The position numbers were made by a program, and so were the translations under genes. Of a stretch of DNA of 63,966 bases, positions 19,393 through 29,312 are shown piece after piece. Location: the NCBI GenBank assembly GCA_027491435.1, contig JAOZFG010000018.1, positions 1-63,966 of the forward strand, written 5' to 3'. The stretch is from Thermoproteota archaeon. GTDB taxonomy: Archaea > Korarchaeota > Korarchaeia > Korarchaeales > Korarchaeaceae. Numbering within the stretch: the first letter of the stretch is position 1; every line of letters starts with the position of its first letter. Below the pieces are notes generated by a model. It had not been told where the DNA came from, searched no databases, and worked only from the letters and a program-made list of their open reading frames with translations.

Positions 19393-20775
19393 ATGTCCGA
19401 GGAGAAACCCTCTGTTGAGGAGCTTCTTAAGAAGGCTGAGAAGCCTTCTAAGTTGGCTATGGCTTATCACAGGTTCTATGAAGGCAAGGTACAGGTTCTC
19501 CCTAAGTGTGTTGTGAGAAACGTAGATGATTTCGCTATTTGGTATACTCCAGGTGTTGCTGCTCCATGCAAGGAGATAGCTAAAGACCCAGATAAGTCGT
19601 TCTTCTACACCAATAGGTGGAATTTCGTCGCTGTGGTTAGTGACGGTTCTAGAGTTCTCGGGTTGGGCAATATAGGCCCTGAGGCTGGCTTACCCGTTAT
19701 GGAGGGAAAAGCCCTCCTATTCAAGTATCTGGGAGGAGTAGACGCATTTCCCCTCGTAGTGAAGGCTCACGATCCGGATGATATGGTTAAGTTCTTGGAG
19801 TGGATTGAACCCAACTTTGGAGGCATTAACCTGGAGGACATAGCTAATCCCAAGTGTTTTTACGTTCTTGAGGAAGCTAGAAAGAGGCTTGAAATTCCTG
19901 TTTGGCACGATGATCAGCAGGGCACTGCCACGGTGGTGTATGCAGGCCTTAAGAACGCCTTTAAGGTTGTGGGAAAAGATATGAAGCAAGCTAAAATAGT
20001 GTTCCACGGGGCCGGGGCCTCCAATATAAGAGGGGCAATAGTGTTAATGAAGGCTGGAGTTCCTCCCAGCCATATAGTGATGATCGATAGCAAGGGCCCA
20101 CTTTACAGAGATAGGCCTGATATAGAAGAGATAAAGAAGAAAAACCCGTGGAAGTACGAGCTCGCAGTTCAAACTAACGCGGAAAATGCTAAGACCATCG
20201 AGGAGGCCTATAAGGGCGCAGACGCCGTTGTCGGAATGAGCAAGCCCGGACCTGGCGTAATAAAACCCGAATGGATAAAGCTGATGAATGACGACCCGAT
20301 AGTGTTCGCCTGCGCAAACCCTGTCCCTGAGATATGGCCTTGGGAGGCCAAGGAAGCCGGGGCAAAGGTTGTGGCCACGGGAAGGAGTGATTTCCCCAAC
20401 CAAGTTAATAACAGCCTTGGATTCCCTGCTATATTCAGGGGAGTTCTGGACGTTAGGGCTAGGACGATAACTGATGAGATGTGCATTGCTGCCGGCGATG
20501 CCTTGGCTAAATTCGCTGAAGAGAAGGGTATACATGAGGAGTACATATTGCCTACGATGGACGAGTGGGAGGTCTATCCGCTTGAGGCAGTAGCTGCCGC
20601 CGAACAGTCTATAAAGCAAGGGGTTGCCAGGATAAAGCTAAGCAGACAGGAGCTTTACGAGAGGGCCGTCAACATAATAAAGAATGCCAGAGAAGCTACA
20701 GAGATTCTGATGAAGGCGGGGTTGATAAAGAGCCCGCCTCCCGAGGAAGAGGTCCTGGAGAGCTACGGTCCTTGA
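19393..20775 (+). CDS. mae: NAD(P)-dependent malic enzyme
   Basis: YTPGVA, LGLGNIG, PVMEGK, NLEDI, HDDQQGTA, GAGA, ATGRSDFPNQVNN. Confidence 0.95.
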   Translation: MSEEKPSVEELLKKAEKPSKLAMAYHRFYEGKVQVLPKCVVRNVDDFAIWYTPGVAAPCKEIAKDPDKSFFYTNRWNFVAVVSDGSRVLGLGNIGPEAGLPVMEGKALLFKYLGGVDAFPLVVKAHDPDDMVKFLEWIEPNFGGINLEDIANPKCFYVLEEARKRLEIPVWHDDQQGTATVVYAGLKNAFKVVGKDMKQAKIVFHGAGASNIRGAIVLMKAGVPPSHIVMIDSKGPLYRDRPDIEEIKKKNPWKYELAVQTNAENAKTIEEAYKGADAVVGMSKPGPGVIKPEWIKLMNDDPIVFACANPVPEIWPWEAKEAGAKVVATGRSDFPNQVNNSLGFPAIFRGVLDVRARTITDEMCIAAGDALAKFAEEKGIHEEYILPTMDEWEVYPLEAVAAAEQSIKQGVARIKLSRQELYERAVNIIKNAREATEILMKAGLIKSPPPEEEVLESYGP

Positions 20776-20837
20776 TCCTTTCCCCCTCTTTTTCCGTTTA
20801 CAGTCTCGGGTATCTTGGTGACGATCGTAACTGAGGC

Positions 20838-21932
20838 CTACCATAAGATCCCCATGACCAACATCATGTTCCTAACACCCATCGTCTCACCTAGAGCGCC
20901 ACCAATAAGTGGGGCTACAGCATTAGTTAACGATGTTAAGGCGTTAAATGTGGAGATTCTCTTTCCCCTACTTTCAGTAGATGCGTCCAGTAGATAAGCA
21001 GGGGAGACGGTGAAATACATGGAGAACCCGACCATACCAACCCCAGTTCCCAGTAAGACGTGCTCAAAACTCCTACCAAAGTAGTAACTAAATGGGACCG
21101 CTGAAGCGAGGGCTGGAGTTATCACTAAGAAGGGCTTCCTACCATACCTGTCTGAGGCGGCTCCCCAAACGGGCTGGAGGGCTATTTGGACCAAATTGGC
21201 TACCATGCCTATAGTTCCTATCTGGGACTTGCTTAAGTTAAACAGCTTAACTTGTGCAACGGAAAATAGGGGCCAGGCCATTGACCAGATAAAGCTCCAC
21301 ACAACGCTCGCAATCAAGAAGGGTCGGTAAGCCTTACTGACCTCAGTTTCCCTCTCCCCCTCAATTGAAGCCTCGACTCTGTAACCCTTTGGGAACGCCA
21401 TCAGGAAAGATGAGGCAAATATCGCGGCAAGAAATCCAACCACAGCTGAGGCCTCATAGCCGGCAACGTCCATTAAGTAGCCAGCTATCGGAGAGAAGAT
21501 CGCCCTCCCGACATTTGATGTGGTGTTAAGAAAGCCTGACACCTTGCCCCTGTTAGTCAGGGTGGTGATCTCTCCAATGACATCTAACCAAGCTGTGTTA
21601 GCGAGTCCAAACATGCTGCTCGAAAGCGAGACGAATGCGTAGAACTGCAAGGGGTCTCGAGACGAGTAGACCAAATAAGTGAACATGCCCCCGCTGAACA
21701 GTCCTAAAGCCCCCAGTATCCTATTATTGCCCCTTTCAACGAGCCTCCCCCAAATTGGTTGGGTGAGGGCGTTAGCTAAACCCGTTAAAGCTATGGTCAT
21801 CCCAACTTCAAGGGGTCCGAATCCTAACCTCTCTATGGAGAACGCCTGAAGGAGGAAAAAAGTATAACTGAGGGCCACCCCCTGAAAGAGGCTTACGGCT
21901 AGAAGCGTGGAGAACTTCCTATCAATAAACAA
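20838..21932 (-). CDS. Major facilitator superfamily transporter
   Basis: Multiple TM helices; G..SDRYGRK motif A. Confidence 0.88.
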   Translation of the reverse strand: MFIDRKFSTLLAVSLFQGVALSYTFFLLQAFSIERLGFGPLEVGMTIALTGLANALTQPIWGRLVERGNNRILGALGLFSGGMFTYLVYSSRDPLQFYAFVSLSSSMFGLANTAWLDVIGEITTLTNRGKVSGFLNTTSNVGRAIFSPIAGYLMDVAGYEASAVVGFLAAIFASSFLMAFPKGYRVEASIEGERETEVSKAYRPFLIASVVWSFIWSMAWPLFSVAQVKLFNLSKSQIGTIGMVANLVQIALQPVWGAASDRYGRKPFLVITPALASAVPFSYYFGRSFEHVLLGTGVGMVGFSMYFTVSPAYLLDASTESRGKRISTFNALTSLTNAVAPLIGGALGETMGVRNMMLVMGILW

Positions 21933-21942
21933 TTTTTACCCC

Positions 21943-22197
21943 CTAGGGGCCAAGATCACTAACTAGCAAGGAGAAGGCGATAATTGCTATTATTAGAAGG
22001 CCTAGTAGGGCGTCGCCCCTCTTATTCTGAGAATATAGGTCATAGCTTACCGAAGCTAGCGATGATATAGGAGTTAATGATATTATCGTCGCTCCCAAGT
22101 AACTGATTAACCGTTCTCCTAAGACCAGCCCAGCTATCATCACAGCTAAACCCAAGAACACTCCATATCTAAGGATAATTTGAGATTTTCTGAACAT
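21943..22197 (-). CDS. Small membrane protein (DUF1634-like) accompanying the TSUP transporter
   Basis: ILRYGV...G..IISLTP; three TM helices; typical position downstream of tauE/safE. Confidence 0.6.
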   Translation of the reverse strand: MFRKSQIILRYGVFLGLAVMIAGLVLGERLISYLGATIISLTPISSLASVSYDLYSQNKRGDALLGLLIIAIIAFSLLVSDLGP

Positions 22198-22201
22198 GAA
22201 A

Positions 22202-22933
22202 TCACCCTAGAACCAACTTTATACCGGCGTACAACAAGATAAGGGAAAATATAGTTTTTATAGCCTTGGGCTTGGCCCCTTTGAGGAGCTTAGCCCCCAG
22301 AGTTGCCCCTGGAATTATTCCCAGAGCGAAACCGGCCACAAGCCCGGGATCAACCAGCCCTTTAGCTAAGTAAACCATTGTCCCTGTGGAAGCTGTTAAC
22401 CCTATCATAAAAGCGCTGGTGGCAACGGCTTCCTTAATCGGCAGGTCCATTACTAGGTTCATTATGGGGACCTTAAGAACCCCCCCTCCTATGCCCAACA
22501 TCCCAGACATGAGTCCAGCTATGAAGGAGGCCGAGGATCCTTCCTTAATCTTCTTAACCCTGCCAGAAGCTTCTCTAGTTTTCCCGAAAATCATCATCAA
22601 GGATATTATGATAAGGCCGTATCCGAGTAACTTTTTAACGTCTTCTTGGGGAAGGGAGATGGTTATGTGGCTCCCAATTACAGCCCCCAAACAGGTTGCT
22701 GGCGTCAGAGAGAGCGCCACCTTCATGTTTACCATGTTATCTTTCAGGTACACGTAGGCGGCAGAGCTCGACGTTATTATGACCGTCATAAGGCTGGACG
22801 CTACAGCGACCTTAGCGTTAATCCCCAAGATTAGGGTCATGAAGGGGACCATTAAAGTTCCTCCACCTATCCCAGCTAACGCCGACACAACGCCTATGAG
22901 CACGCCCGAGGCCATGGTTAACAAGTACTCCAT
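22202..22933 (-). CDS. Sulfite exporter TauE/SafE (TSUP) family protein
   Basis: Duplicated GIGGG..VP motif; AVASSL/AVATSA; hydrophobic. Confidence 0.9.
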   Translation of the reverse strand: MEYLLTMASGVLIGVVSALAGIGGGTLMVPFMTLILGINAKVAVASSLMTVIITSSSAAYVYLKDNMVNMKVALSLTPATCLGAVIGSHITISLPQEDVKKLLGYGLIIISLMMIFGKTREASGRVKKIKEGSSASFIAGLMSGMLGIGGGVLKVPIMNLVMDLPIKEAVATSAFMIGLTASTGTMVYLAKGLVDPGLVAGFALGIIPGATLGAKLLKGAKPKAIKTIFSLILLYAGIKLVLG

Positions 22934-22990
22934 TGAGGTCCCTCTCCCGAACCCCCCCTGATCTTAAAATTAAAGACGCTTACTTACTGG

Positions 22991-23433
22991 GTGGCGCGAT
23001 TGGGGGAGCTGTTATCAACAAACTCGGCCAGCAAGAGGCTCAGAGGTAAAGATCTCCTGGTTTATAGTTCATGTATTAATGAGGAGTGGCCCAACATCTT
23101 AAAGGACTTTAGCGATATGGTTCAGTTGCACGTGTGTCCGGAGAGGGATCACATAAACGTAGTGGCCCTCAAATTGGCCTCAATGTTAGCTAGAGTTGAC
23201 CTCAAGGGGATTAAAGTCCTTTCAGTTGATGGGAGCCCTCACTGCCTCCACCTACATCACGCGGTTGAGGAGGCCATCAGGGTTACAGGTTCAATCCCGT
23301 TACACATCTGGTGATTTATAAAGGTAAAGTTAGAAATGTCTCGGAAAAAGCCGTCAAAGTTTCAAGGTATCTCCACAAGATCGATAAACTTCTATCGGAA
23401 GTTGAGGATGTAGGGGCCAATCGAGCCCTCTGA
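22991..23433 (+). pseudogene. Cys-rich putative Fe-S-associated protein split by a -1 frameshift near 23297
   Basis: Frame 0 has SSC, VCPERDH and VDGSPHC motifs and stops at 23314; the -1 frame continues PVTHLVIYKGKVRNVSEKAVKVSRYLHKIDKLL to TGA at 23431-23433. Confidence 0.6.
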
Positions 23434-23497
23434 GCTCCGGCCTTAAAGGGTGGATATTTTTAAAGAGGATGTAGCTCAAGGGAACGAGGAGTGGAGT

Positions 23498-23923
23498 ATG
23501 TCAAGGGTAGCGAGAAGGAGGAAGGTAGAAGGCGTAAAGCCTAAGATATCGAGAGGCCTACCCGTAATGGCCAAGCTGAAGTGTGCGGATAATACGGGGG
23601 CTAAGGTGCTAATGATAATAGGCGTCAAGGGGTACAAGGGGAGGAAGGGTAGGATTCCCAGCGCTAGCGTTGGTGACATGGTCACTGTCGTAGTGAAGAA
23701 GGGCAAGTACGATCTCATGCACAAGCCTATGAAGGCCATAATAGTGAGGCAGAGGAAGCCCTACAGGAGGAAGAACGGTCAATGGGTTGTCTTTGAGGAC
23801 AACGCCGCAGTGCTGGTGAATGAAGACGGCACCCCCAAGGGATCTGAGTTCAGGGGCCCCATAGCTAAGGAAGCCATAGAGAGGTGGCCCGTGCTAAGCG
23901 CCGTGTCGGCGCAGGTGGTGTGA
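23498..23923 (+). CDS. rpl14: 50S ribosomal protein uL14
   Basis: [22 protein letters not shown]. Confidence 0.97.
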   Translation: MSRVARRRKVEGVKPKISRGLPVMAKLKCADNTGAKVLMIIGVKGYKGRKGRIPSASVGDMVTVVVKKGKYDLMHKPMKAIIVRQRKPYRRKNGQWVVFEDNAAVLVNEDGTPKGSEFRGPIAKEAIERWPVLSAVSAQVV

Positions 23924-23932
23924 GGTGGTTTA

Positions 23933-24298
23933 ATGAGCGCTCCTAAATCCCACAAACCAAGCAAACAAAGGAAGTTCTTGGCAAACGCCCCTCTGCACGT
24001 AAGGGCAAAGATAATGTCAGCACACCTTTCACCTGAGCTCAGGGAGAAGTATGGACGGAGAGCTGTACCCATAAGAAAGGGAGATAGAGTTAGGGTAATG
24101 AGGGGCGAACATAGGGGATTTGAAGGTGAAGTAATAAGCGTAAATCGGGAGAAGTACAGGATAGCGATAAAGGGATTGACCAGGAAGAAGGCTGACGGAA
24201 CTGAGGTGCCTATACCGATCCACCCATCTAAGGTGATGATAGTTAAGCTCAGCTTGGACGATAAGAAGAGAGTTGCTATGTTGGAGAGGAAATCTTAG
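23933..24298 (+). CDS. rpl24: 50S ribosomal protein uL24
   Basis: KQRK...[22 protein letters not shown]. Confidence 0.97.
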   Translation: MSAPKSHKPSKQRKFLANAPLHVRAKIMSAHLSPELREKYGRRAVPIRKGDRVRVMRGEHRGFEGEVISVNREKYRIAIKGLTRKKADGTEVPIPIHPSKVMIVKLSLDDKKRVAMLERKS

Positions 24299-24307
24299 GG
24301 TGATTGA

Positions 24308-25027
24308 ATGGCAAGAATGGGTGGAAAGAGGCACTTAAAGAGGCTTGCAGCCCCAGGTTACTGGCCCGTAGCCAAGAGGGAGTACAAGTGGGTTACCAAA
24401 CCTAGACCGGGGCCCCACCCCGTAGAGGAAGGATTTCCACTTCTGTTAGTGGTTAGGGACATATTGAAGCTGGCCACGACTGCCAAGGAGGCCAAGAGAA
24501 TAATATTCATGAAGAAAGTACACGTGGATGGTAAACCTAGGTATGACCACAAGTTCCAAGTGGGGCTAATGGACGTAATCCAGATACCGGAGATAAATAA
24601 GACCTACAGGGTAGTCCCTGATCCCTACAAGTTTCTCAAACTAATAGAGATACCTGAGGAGGAGAGCCGCCTTAAGTTAGTCAAGGTGATTAAGAAGTTC
24701 ACTGTAAGAGGGGGCAAGATACAACTGACAACTCACGATGGCAGGAACTTCCTAGCTAACCCTGAAGATGAGCTCTCTAAGGTCAAGCCTGGCTATACTC
24801 TCCTCATAGAGGTTCCCTCTCAGGAAGTTAGGGACATCTTCCCTCCAGTTGAGGGGGCCACAGCAGTCCTCATAAGGGGGAGAAGGGCTGGTTACCTTGG
24901 GGTGATCAGGTCGCTAGGTCAATACGTCGTGTTTTCCGATTACGACAACCCCGAAGTGACTTACAGAGGTACCAAGGAGAACATGTTCGTGGTGGGTAGG
25001 GAAAAGCCAGCCCTAACGCTGAGGTGA
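24308..25027 (+). CDS. rps4e: 30S ribosomal protein eS4
   Basis: HLKRLAAP, PGPH, VGLMDV, THDGRN. Confidence 0.97.
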   Translation: MARMGGKRHLKRLAAPGYWPVAKREYKWVTKPRPGPHPVEEGFPLLLVVRDILKLATTAKEAKRIIFMKKVHVDGKPRYDHKFQVGLMDVIQIPEINKTYRVVPDPYKFLKLIEIPEEESRLKLVKVIKKFTVRGGKIQLTTHDGRNFLANPEDELSKVKPGYTLLIEVPSQEVRDIFPPVEGATAVLIRGRRAGYLGVIRSLGQYVVFSDYDNPEVTYRGTKENMFVVGREKPALTLR

Positions 25028-25581
25028 ACTCTATGGATCCGGATCAGATAGAGGCCAGGTGGTCCAAGAATCCCATGTTGTTACCAAAGGTCATGGCGGT
25101 AACTCTCAACATATCTGTAGGTAGGAGCGGAGAAGTGCTGGAGAGAGCTAAGAAGCTATTGGAAGAGCTTACAGGTCAGAAACCTGTGGAAAGGAGGGCC
25201 AAAAGGACTATAAGAGAATTTGGCATAAGGAAGAATGAGCCTATAGCAACCTCAGTCACTATAAGGGGTAAGAAGGCTTATGAGTTACTGGATAGGCTGG
25301 CAGGAGCTGTTGATAGGAAGATAAAAGCCGAGTCATTTGACGAGTTCGGCAATTTCGCCTTTGGGATTAAGGAGCACATAGACATACCAGGTGTCAAGTA
25401 CAGGGCTGACATAGGCATCTTCGGGATGGACGTAATAGTAACCATGGGGAGAGCCGGCTACAGAGTGGCTAAGAGGAAGGTAAAGAGGGCCAGGATACCC
25501 AGGAGGCACAGGTTAACCAAGGAGGAGGCTATCCATTACGCGAAAAAGTACTTAAACCTCGAGGTAGTATCTGAGGGTTGA
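25024..25581 (+). CDS. rpl5: 50S ribosomal protein uL5
   Basis: [27 protein letters not shown]. Confidence 0.97.
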   Translation: MNSMDPDQIEARWSKNPMLLPKVMAVTLNISVGRSGEVLERAKKLLEELTGQKPVERRAKRTIREFGIRKNEPIATSVTIRGKKAYELLDRLAGAVDRKIKAESFDEFGNFAFGIKEHIDIPGVKYRADIGIFGMDVIVTMGRAGYRVAKRKVKRARIPRRHRLTKEEAIHYAKKYLNLEVVSEG

Positions 25582-25592
25582 AGGGTGGAAGT

Positions 25593-25757
25593 ATGGCTAA
25601 GCCCAGGAAGAAGGTTAGGACCAAGGGTAAGGGGGCTTACGTGTGTAGGAGATGCGGGAGAGTGGGCTACGGCATCATAAGGAAGTACGGCCTTTACCTC
25701 TGCAGACAGTGCTTCAGGGAAGTTGCTCCGCTAATGGGGTGGAAGAAGTACGAGTGA
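25593..25757 (+). CDS. rps14: 30S ribosomal protein uS14 (Zn-binding; below the ORF-track cutoff)
   Basis: MAKPRKK...CRRCG...[15 protein letters not shown]...GWKKYE, between uL5 and uS8. Confidence 0.95.
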   Translation: MAKPRKKVRTKGKGAYVCRRCGRVGYGIIRKYGLYLCRQCFREVAPLMGWKKYE

Positions 25758-25766
25758 GGTGGTCGC

Positions 25767-26159
25767 ATGACTAGGCTAGACCCATTAGCTGACGCGATGA
25801 GCACGCTTACAAATGCCTCTAGGCTAGGTAAGAGGGAGACCGTCATAAACGTGGCTTCCAAGCTGATAGGGAAAGTTCTAAGGGTGCTACAGGAGGAAGG
25901 CTACATAGAGGAGTTCGAGTACATAGATGATGGGAGGGCCGGTAAGTACAGGGTGAGGCTTAAGGGGAGGATAAATAAGGCGGGCGTTATAAAGCCCAGG
26001 TTCCCGGTTAAAAAAGATGAGATACTTTACTGGGAGAAGCTTTACTTGCCAGCGGACAACGTGGGGGTGATGATACTCTCCACAAACCAGGGGGTCATGA
26101 CTCACAGAGAGGCTAAGAATAGGGGGATAGGAGGAGTTCTGTTGGCTTACTGCTATTAG
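25767..26159 (+). CDS. rps8: 30S ribosomal protein uS8
   Basis: [22 protein letters not shown]. Confidence 0.97.
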   Translation: MTRLDPLADAMSTLTNASRLGKRETVINVASKLIGKVLRVLQEEGYIEEFEYIDDGRAGKYRVRLKGRINKAGVIKPRFPVKKDEILYWEKLYLPADNVGVMILSTNQGVMTHREAKNRGIGGVLLAYCY

Positions 26160-26169
26160 GGGTGATGTA

Positions 26170-26721
26170 ATGCCTAGGTATTATCCCGTGGTGACTATGA
26201 TACAGACCACGGAGGTGGAGGTACCTCAAGGCGTGAAAGTTGAGGTTTCCGGTGCCCGCATTAAGGTGGAGGGCCCCAAAGGAAAGCTTGAGAGGAAGTT
26301 TGACGAGAACATAGTTCAACTGGAGAAGCAGGATGGAAAGGTGGTGGTAAAGGTTTTAGGCAAGAGGAAATTCCACACCGCCTACCTTTACACCGTAGCT
26401 TCTCACATACGGAACATGATAAGGGGGGTAACTGAGGGCTTTAAGAAGGAGATGATCGTAGTTTTCGCTCACTTCCCGATAAAGGTGGAGGTTGACGAGA
26501 AGAGAAAGCTCGTGATAATATCAAACTTCTTGGGAGAGAAGGCCCCGAGGTACGCCAAGATAGTCGGCGACACCAAGGTTAGGGTTGAGGGCGATAGGGT
26601 CTACGTAGAGGGCATTTCCAAGGAGGACGTCGGTCAAACGGCCGCCAACATAAGGTGGGCTACCAAGATAAAGGACAAAGATCCCAGGGTCTTTATGGAC
26701 GGGATATACGAGGTGAAGTAA
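26170..26721 (+). CDS. rpl6: 50S ribosomal protein uL6
   Basis: GPKG, HFPI, NFLGEK, DPRVFMDGIY. Confidence 0.97.
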   Translation: MPRYYPVVTMIQTTEVEVPQGVKVEVSGARIKVEGPKGKLERKFDENIVQLEKQDGKVVVKVLGKRKFHTAYLYTVASHIRNMIRGVTEGFKKEMIVVFAHFPIKVEVDEKRKLVIISNFLGEKAPRYAKIVGDTKVRVEGDRVYVEGISKEDVGQTAANIRWATKIKDKDPRVFMDGIYEVK

Positions 26722-26722
26722 T

Positions 26723-27109
26723 ATGGATAAAAAGGTGGATAAAAAGGTTCTCTTAAAGAAGTTAAAGAAGAAAAAGCCAAGGTTCCTTAACTTGGCTAGG
26801 TATTGGCATTTGGGTAGCGTGAAGAGCTGGAGGAAGCCCAGAGGAATTGATAACAAACAGAGGCTGAAACTGAAGAGCAGGCCTAAGCATCCGACCATAG
26901 GTTACAAGAATCCCGATGAGATCAGGGGACTACACCCCTCGGGGAGGATACCCGTAGTGGTTAACAACTCTAAAGAGCTCGAGAAGTACGTTCAGCAGTA
27001 TGGAACGGAGAATATAATCGTATATATAAGTAGGAGAGTTGGAAGGAGGAAGAGGGAGACCATAAAGTCCGTGGCCGAGGCCCTAAATGTTATGTTGGCT
27101 AACGGGTGA
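26723..27109 (+). CDS. rpl32e: 50S ribosomal protein eL32
   Basis: WRKPRGIDNKQR, RGLHPSG. Confidence 0.96.
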   Translation: MDKKVDKKVLLKKLKKKKPRFLNLARYWHLGSVKSWRKPRGIDNKQRLKLKSRPKHPTIGYKNPDEIRGLHPSGRIPVVVNNSKELEKYVQQYGTENIIVYISRRVGRRKRETIKSVAEALNVMLANG

Positions 27110-27113
27110 TCGG

Positions 27114-27551
27114 ATGACTAAGACCAGCCTCAAATACAAGAAGGAGCTTGCTGCCAGGTTAGCTGGTGTAGGCGTGGGCAGGGTCAAGTTCGACCCCAGT
27201 AAATTAGAGCTCATATCTGACGCCGTAACTAGGAGGGACATTGAGAGGCTCATAAGGAGTGGGGCCATAATTATACTGCCCAAGAAGGGGGTGAGCAGGG
27301 CCAGAGCTAGGGAAAGGCCTAAAAGGAGAGGGCCCGGTAGCAGAAAAGGGGGGAAGTACTCCAAGTTACCCAGAAAGAGGAGGTGGATCAACAAGATAAG
27401 GGCTCTAAGGAGGGAGCTACGGGCCATGAAGGAGAGGGGTTGGTTAGACGCCAAGACTTACAGGGAGCTTTACAGGGGACTGAGCAAGTTTAACAGCGTG
27501 GCTCACCTCAGGTCATTCGTCAAGAGGGAAATTCTAAAGCAGGAGGTGTGA
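27114..27551 (+). CDS. rpl19e: 50S ribosomal protein eL19
   Basis: RRGPGSRKG, WINKIRALR, YRELY. Confidence 0.96.
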   Translation: MTKTSLKYKKELAARLAGVGVGRVKFDPSKLELISDAVTRRDIERLIRSGAIIILPKKGVSRARARERPKRRGPGSRKGGKYSKLPRKRRWINKIRALRRELRAMKERGWLDAKTYRELYRGLSKFNSVAHLRSFVKREILKQEV

Positions 27552-27554
27552 TCT

Positions 27555-28136
27555 TTGGCTAGGTCAGGAAGGTATAAGGTGAAGTTTAGAAGAAGGAGAG
27601 AAGGTAAGACAGATTACAGGAAGAGGCTAGCGTTGCTAAAGGGCGGAAAGCCTAGAATGGTGGTTCGGAAGACAAACAGGTATATAATAGTGCAATTCGT
27701 TGAGTTCAAACCAGAAGGCGACAGGGTATTGGCCTACGCATTCTCCAAGGAGCTATCCAAGTATGGATGGCCGTATAGCGGTAAAAGTCTACCGGCCGCT
27801 TACCTGACCGGTTATCTAGCTGCTAAAAGGGCGTTAGATGCGGGAATTAATGAAGCCATCCTAGACATAGGAAGGTACACCTCGACCAAGGGCTCAAGGT
27901 TGTATGCCGCCCTCAAGGGGGCTGTAGACGCTGGCCTCCAAGTACCTCATTCTGAAGAGGTACTGCCAGAGGAGGAGAGGATAAGGGGGGAGCACATAGC
28001 CTCTTGGGCCTCCGAGCTCTATGAAAAGGATAGGGAGTTCTACGAGAGGCAGTTTTCCGATTACATAAGGAGGGGCCTAGACCCCAGGGAGATTCCCAAA
28101 ATCTTTGACTCCGTTCTAGAGAAAATTAGGGGGTGA
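27555..28136 (+). CDS. rpl18: 50S ribosomal protein uL18
   Basis: RRRREGKTDY, AAYLTG, KGAVDAGL. Confidence 0.97.
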   Translation: MARSGRYKVKFRRRREGKTDYRKRLALLKGGKPRMVVRKTNRYIIVQFVEFKPEGDRVLAYAFSKELSKYGWPYSGKSLPAAYLTGYLAAKRALDAGINEAILDIGRYTSTKGSRLYAALKGAVDAGLQVPHSEEVLPEEERIRGEHIASWASELYEKDREFYERQFSDYIRRGLDPREIPKIFDSVLEKIRG

Positions 28137-28141
28137 TCTTA

Positions 28142-28771
28142 TTGTCGAGAGTTGAGGGCTTAGATACTGAGTGGGTTCCGAGGACCCGGATAGGCAAGAT
28201 GGTTGCTGAGGGCAAGATAAAGAGCCTAGACGAGATACTCAAGAGGGGAATTACCATAAGGGAGCCCGAAATTATAGACTTGCTGGTTCCTGGCCTCAAG
28301 GAGGAGGTCATTGAAGTCAGGAGGGTGCAGAGGCAGACTGACGCGGGTGAGCTGACCCAGCTTAGGGTGGTGGTAGCGGTTGGAGATGGCATGGACTACG
28401 TTGGAGTAGGCAAGGGCAAAGGGAGGGAGTTCAGGATAGCCTTAGCCGATGCCGTGAGAAACGCCAAGCTTAACGTCATAAAAGTCAGGAAGGGGTGTGG
28501 CTCCTGGGAGTGTGGCTGCGGGAGGCCTCACTCTATACCTGCTACAGTTCATGGAAAGTCAGGCTCTGTGAGGGTCACCCTGATGCCTGCCCCCAGGAAG
28601 CTCGGTATAGTGGGCAACGAGACCGCTAAAGTGATACTCGGCCTTGGAGGCATAAAGGATATCAGGATATTCTCTAGGGGAGAGACTAGGAATAGGATGA
28701 ACTACGCTTTCGCCCTTTATGATGCCCTGAGGAATTTGTTGAAGTTGAACCTCCCATGGGAGTGGAGGTAA
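28142..28771 (+). CDS. rps5: 30S ribosomal protein uS5
   Basis: WVPRTRIG, QRQTDAG, GCGSWECGCG..HS. Confidence 0.97.
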   Translation: MSRVEGLDTEWVPRTRIGKMVAEGKIKSLDEILKRGITIREPEIIDLLVPGLKEEVIEVRRVQRQTDAGELTQLRVVVAVGDGMDYVGVGKGKGREFRIALADAVRNAKLNVIKVRKGCGSWECGCGRPHSIPATVHGKSGSVRVTLMPAPRKLGIVGNETAKVILGLGGIKDIRIFSRGETRNRMNYAFALYDALRNLLKLNLPWEWR

Positions 28772-28821
28772 GGGGAGCGCGTCCGAAAGGCGCCGAGGCG
28801 CTCGATGACGGACGCGCCCTT
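28770..28821 (+). ncRNA. GC-rich intergenic hairpin with a kink-turn-like internal loop (putative cis-regulatory RNA)
   Basis: 9-bp stem GCGCGTCCG/CGGACGCGC; internal loop AAA / CGATGA; upper stem GGCGC-CGAG-GCGCT. Confidence 0.5.
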
Positions 28822-28835
28822 GAGGAGGTGTTGAT

Positions 28836-29312
28836 ATGAGCGTGCCCATAATGGCTGTCGTGAGGATAAGGGGTAGGGTTGGAATAAAGCCTGATATAAG
28901 GCATACCCTCGATATGTTGAGGATTAGGAGGAAGTTCTGGGCCACTATAGTTCCCTACACCCCTTCATACAGGGGGATGCTTCACAAGGTGAAGGACTAT
29001 TCAACGTACGGTGAGTTAGACAGAGAGACTCTCATAGATCTCCTGAGGTACAGGGGAAGGATCAAACAAGGGGGCAAGATAACCGACGAGTGGTTGAGGG
29101 AGAACACGGAGTTTAACAGCGTAGAAGAGTTGGCTGATGCCATACTATCAGGCAAAATTAAGTTTCACAAGCTTGAGTGGGCGATACCATACTTCAGGCT
29201 CAGGCCTCCGAAGGGAGGCTTCAAGAGGAGCACTAAGAGGTCATGGAACGACGGGGGAGAGCTAGGATACCGGGGGAAAGAGATTAATAGGCTCTTGAGG
29301 AGGATGATATGA
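28836..29312 (+). CDS. rpl30: 50S ribosomal protein uL30
   Basis: AVVRIRG, TLDMLRI, FRLRPPKGG, GELGYRG. Confidence 0.97.
   Translation: MSVPIMAVVRIRGRVGIKPDIRHTLDMLRIRRKFWATIVPYTPSYRGMLHKVKDYSTYGELDRETLIDLLRYRGRIKQGGKITDEWLRENTEFNSVEELADAILSGKIKFHKLEWAIPYFRLRPPKGGFKRSTKRSWNDGGELGYRGKEINRLLRRMI

Noticed and set aside
23312-23413. Selenocysteine or UGA read-through of the Cys-rich gene
   Set aside because: The in-frame continuation looks non-homologous, whereas the -1 frame gives the natural C-terminus
28770-28821. SECIS element or BHB intron interpretation of the hairpin
   Set aside because: There is no in-frame UGA in the flanking genes, and the bulge geometry does not give a 4-bp central helix
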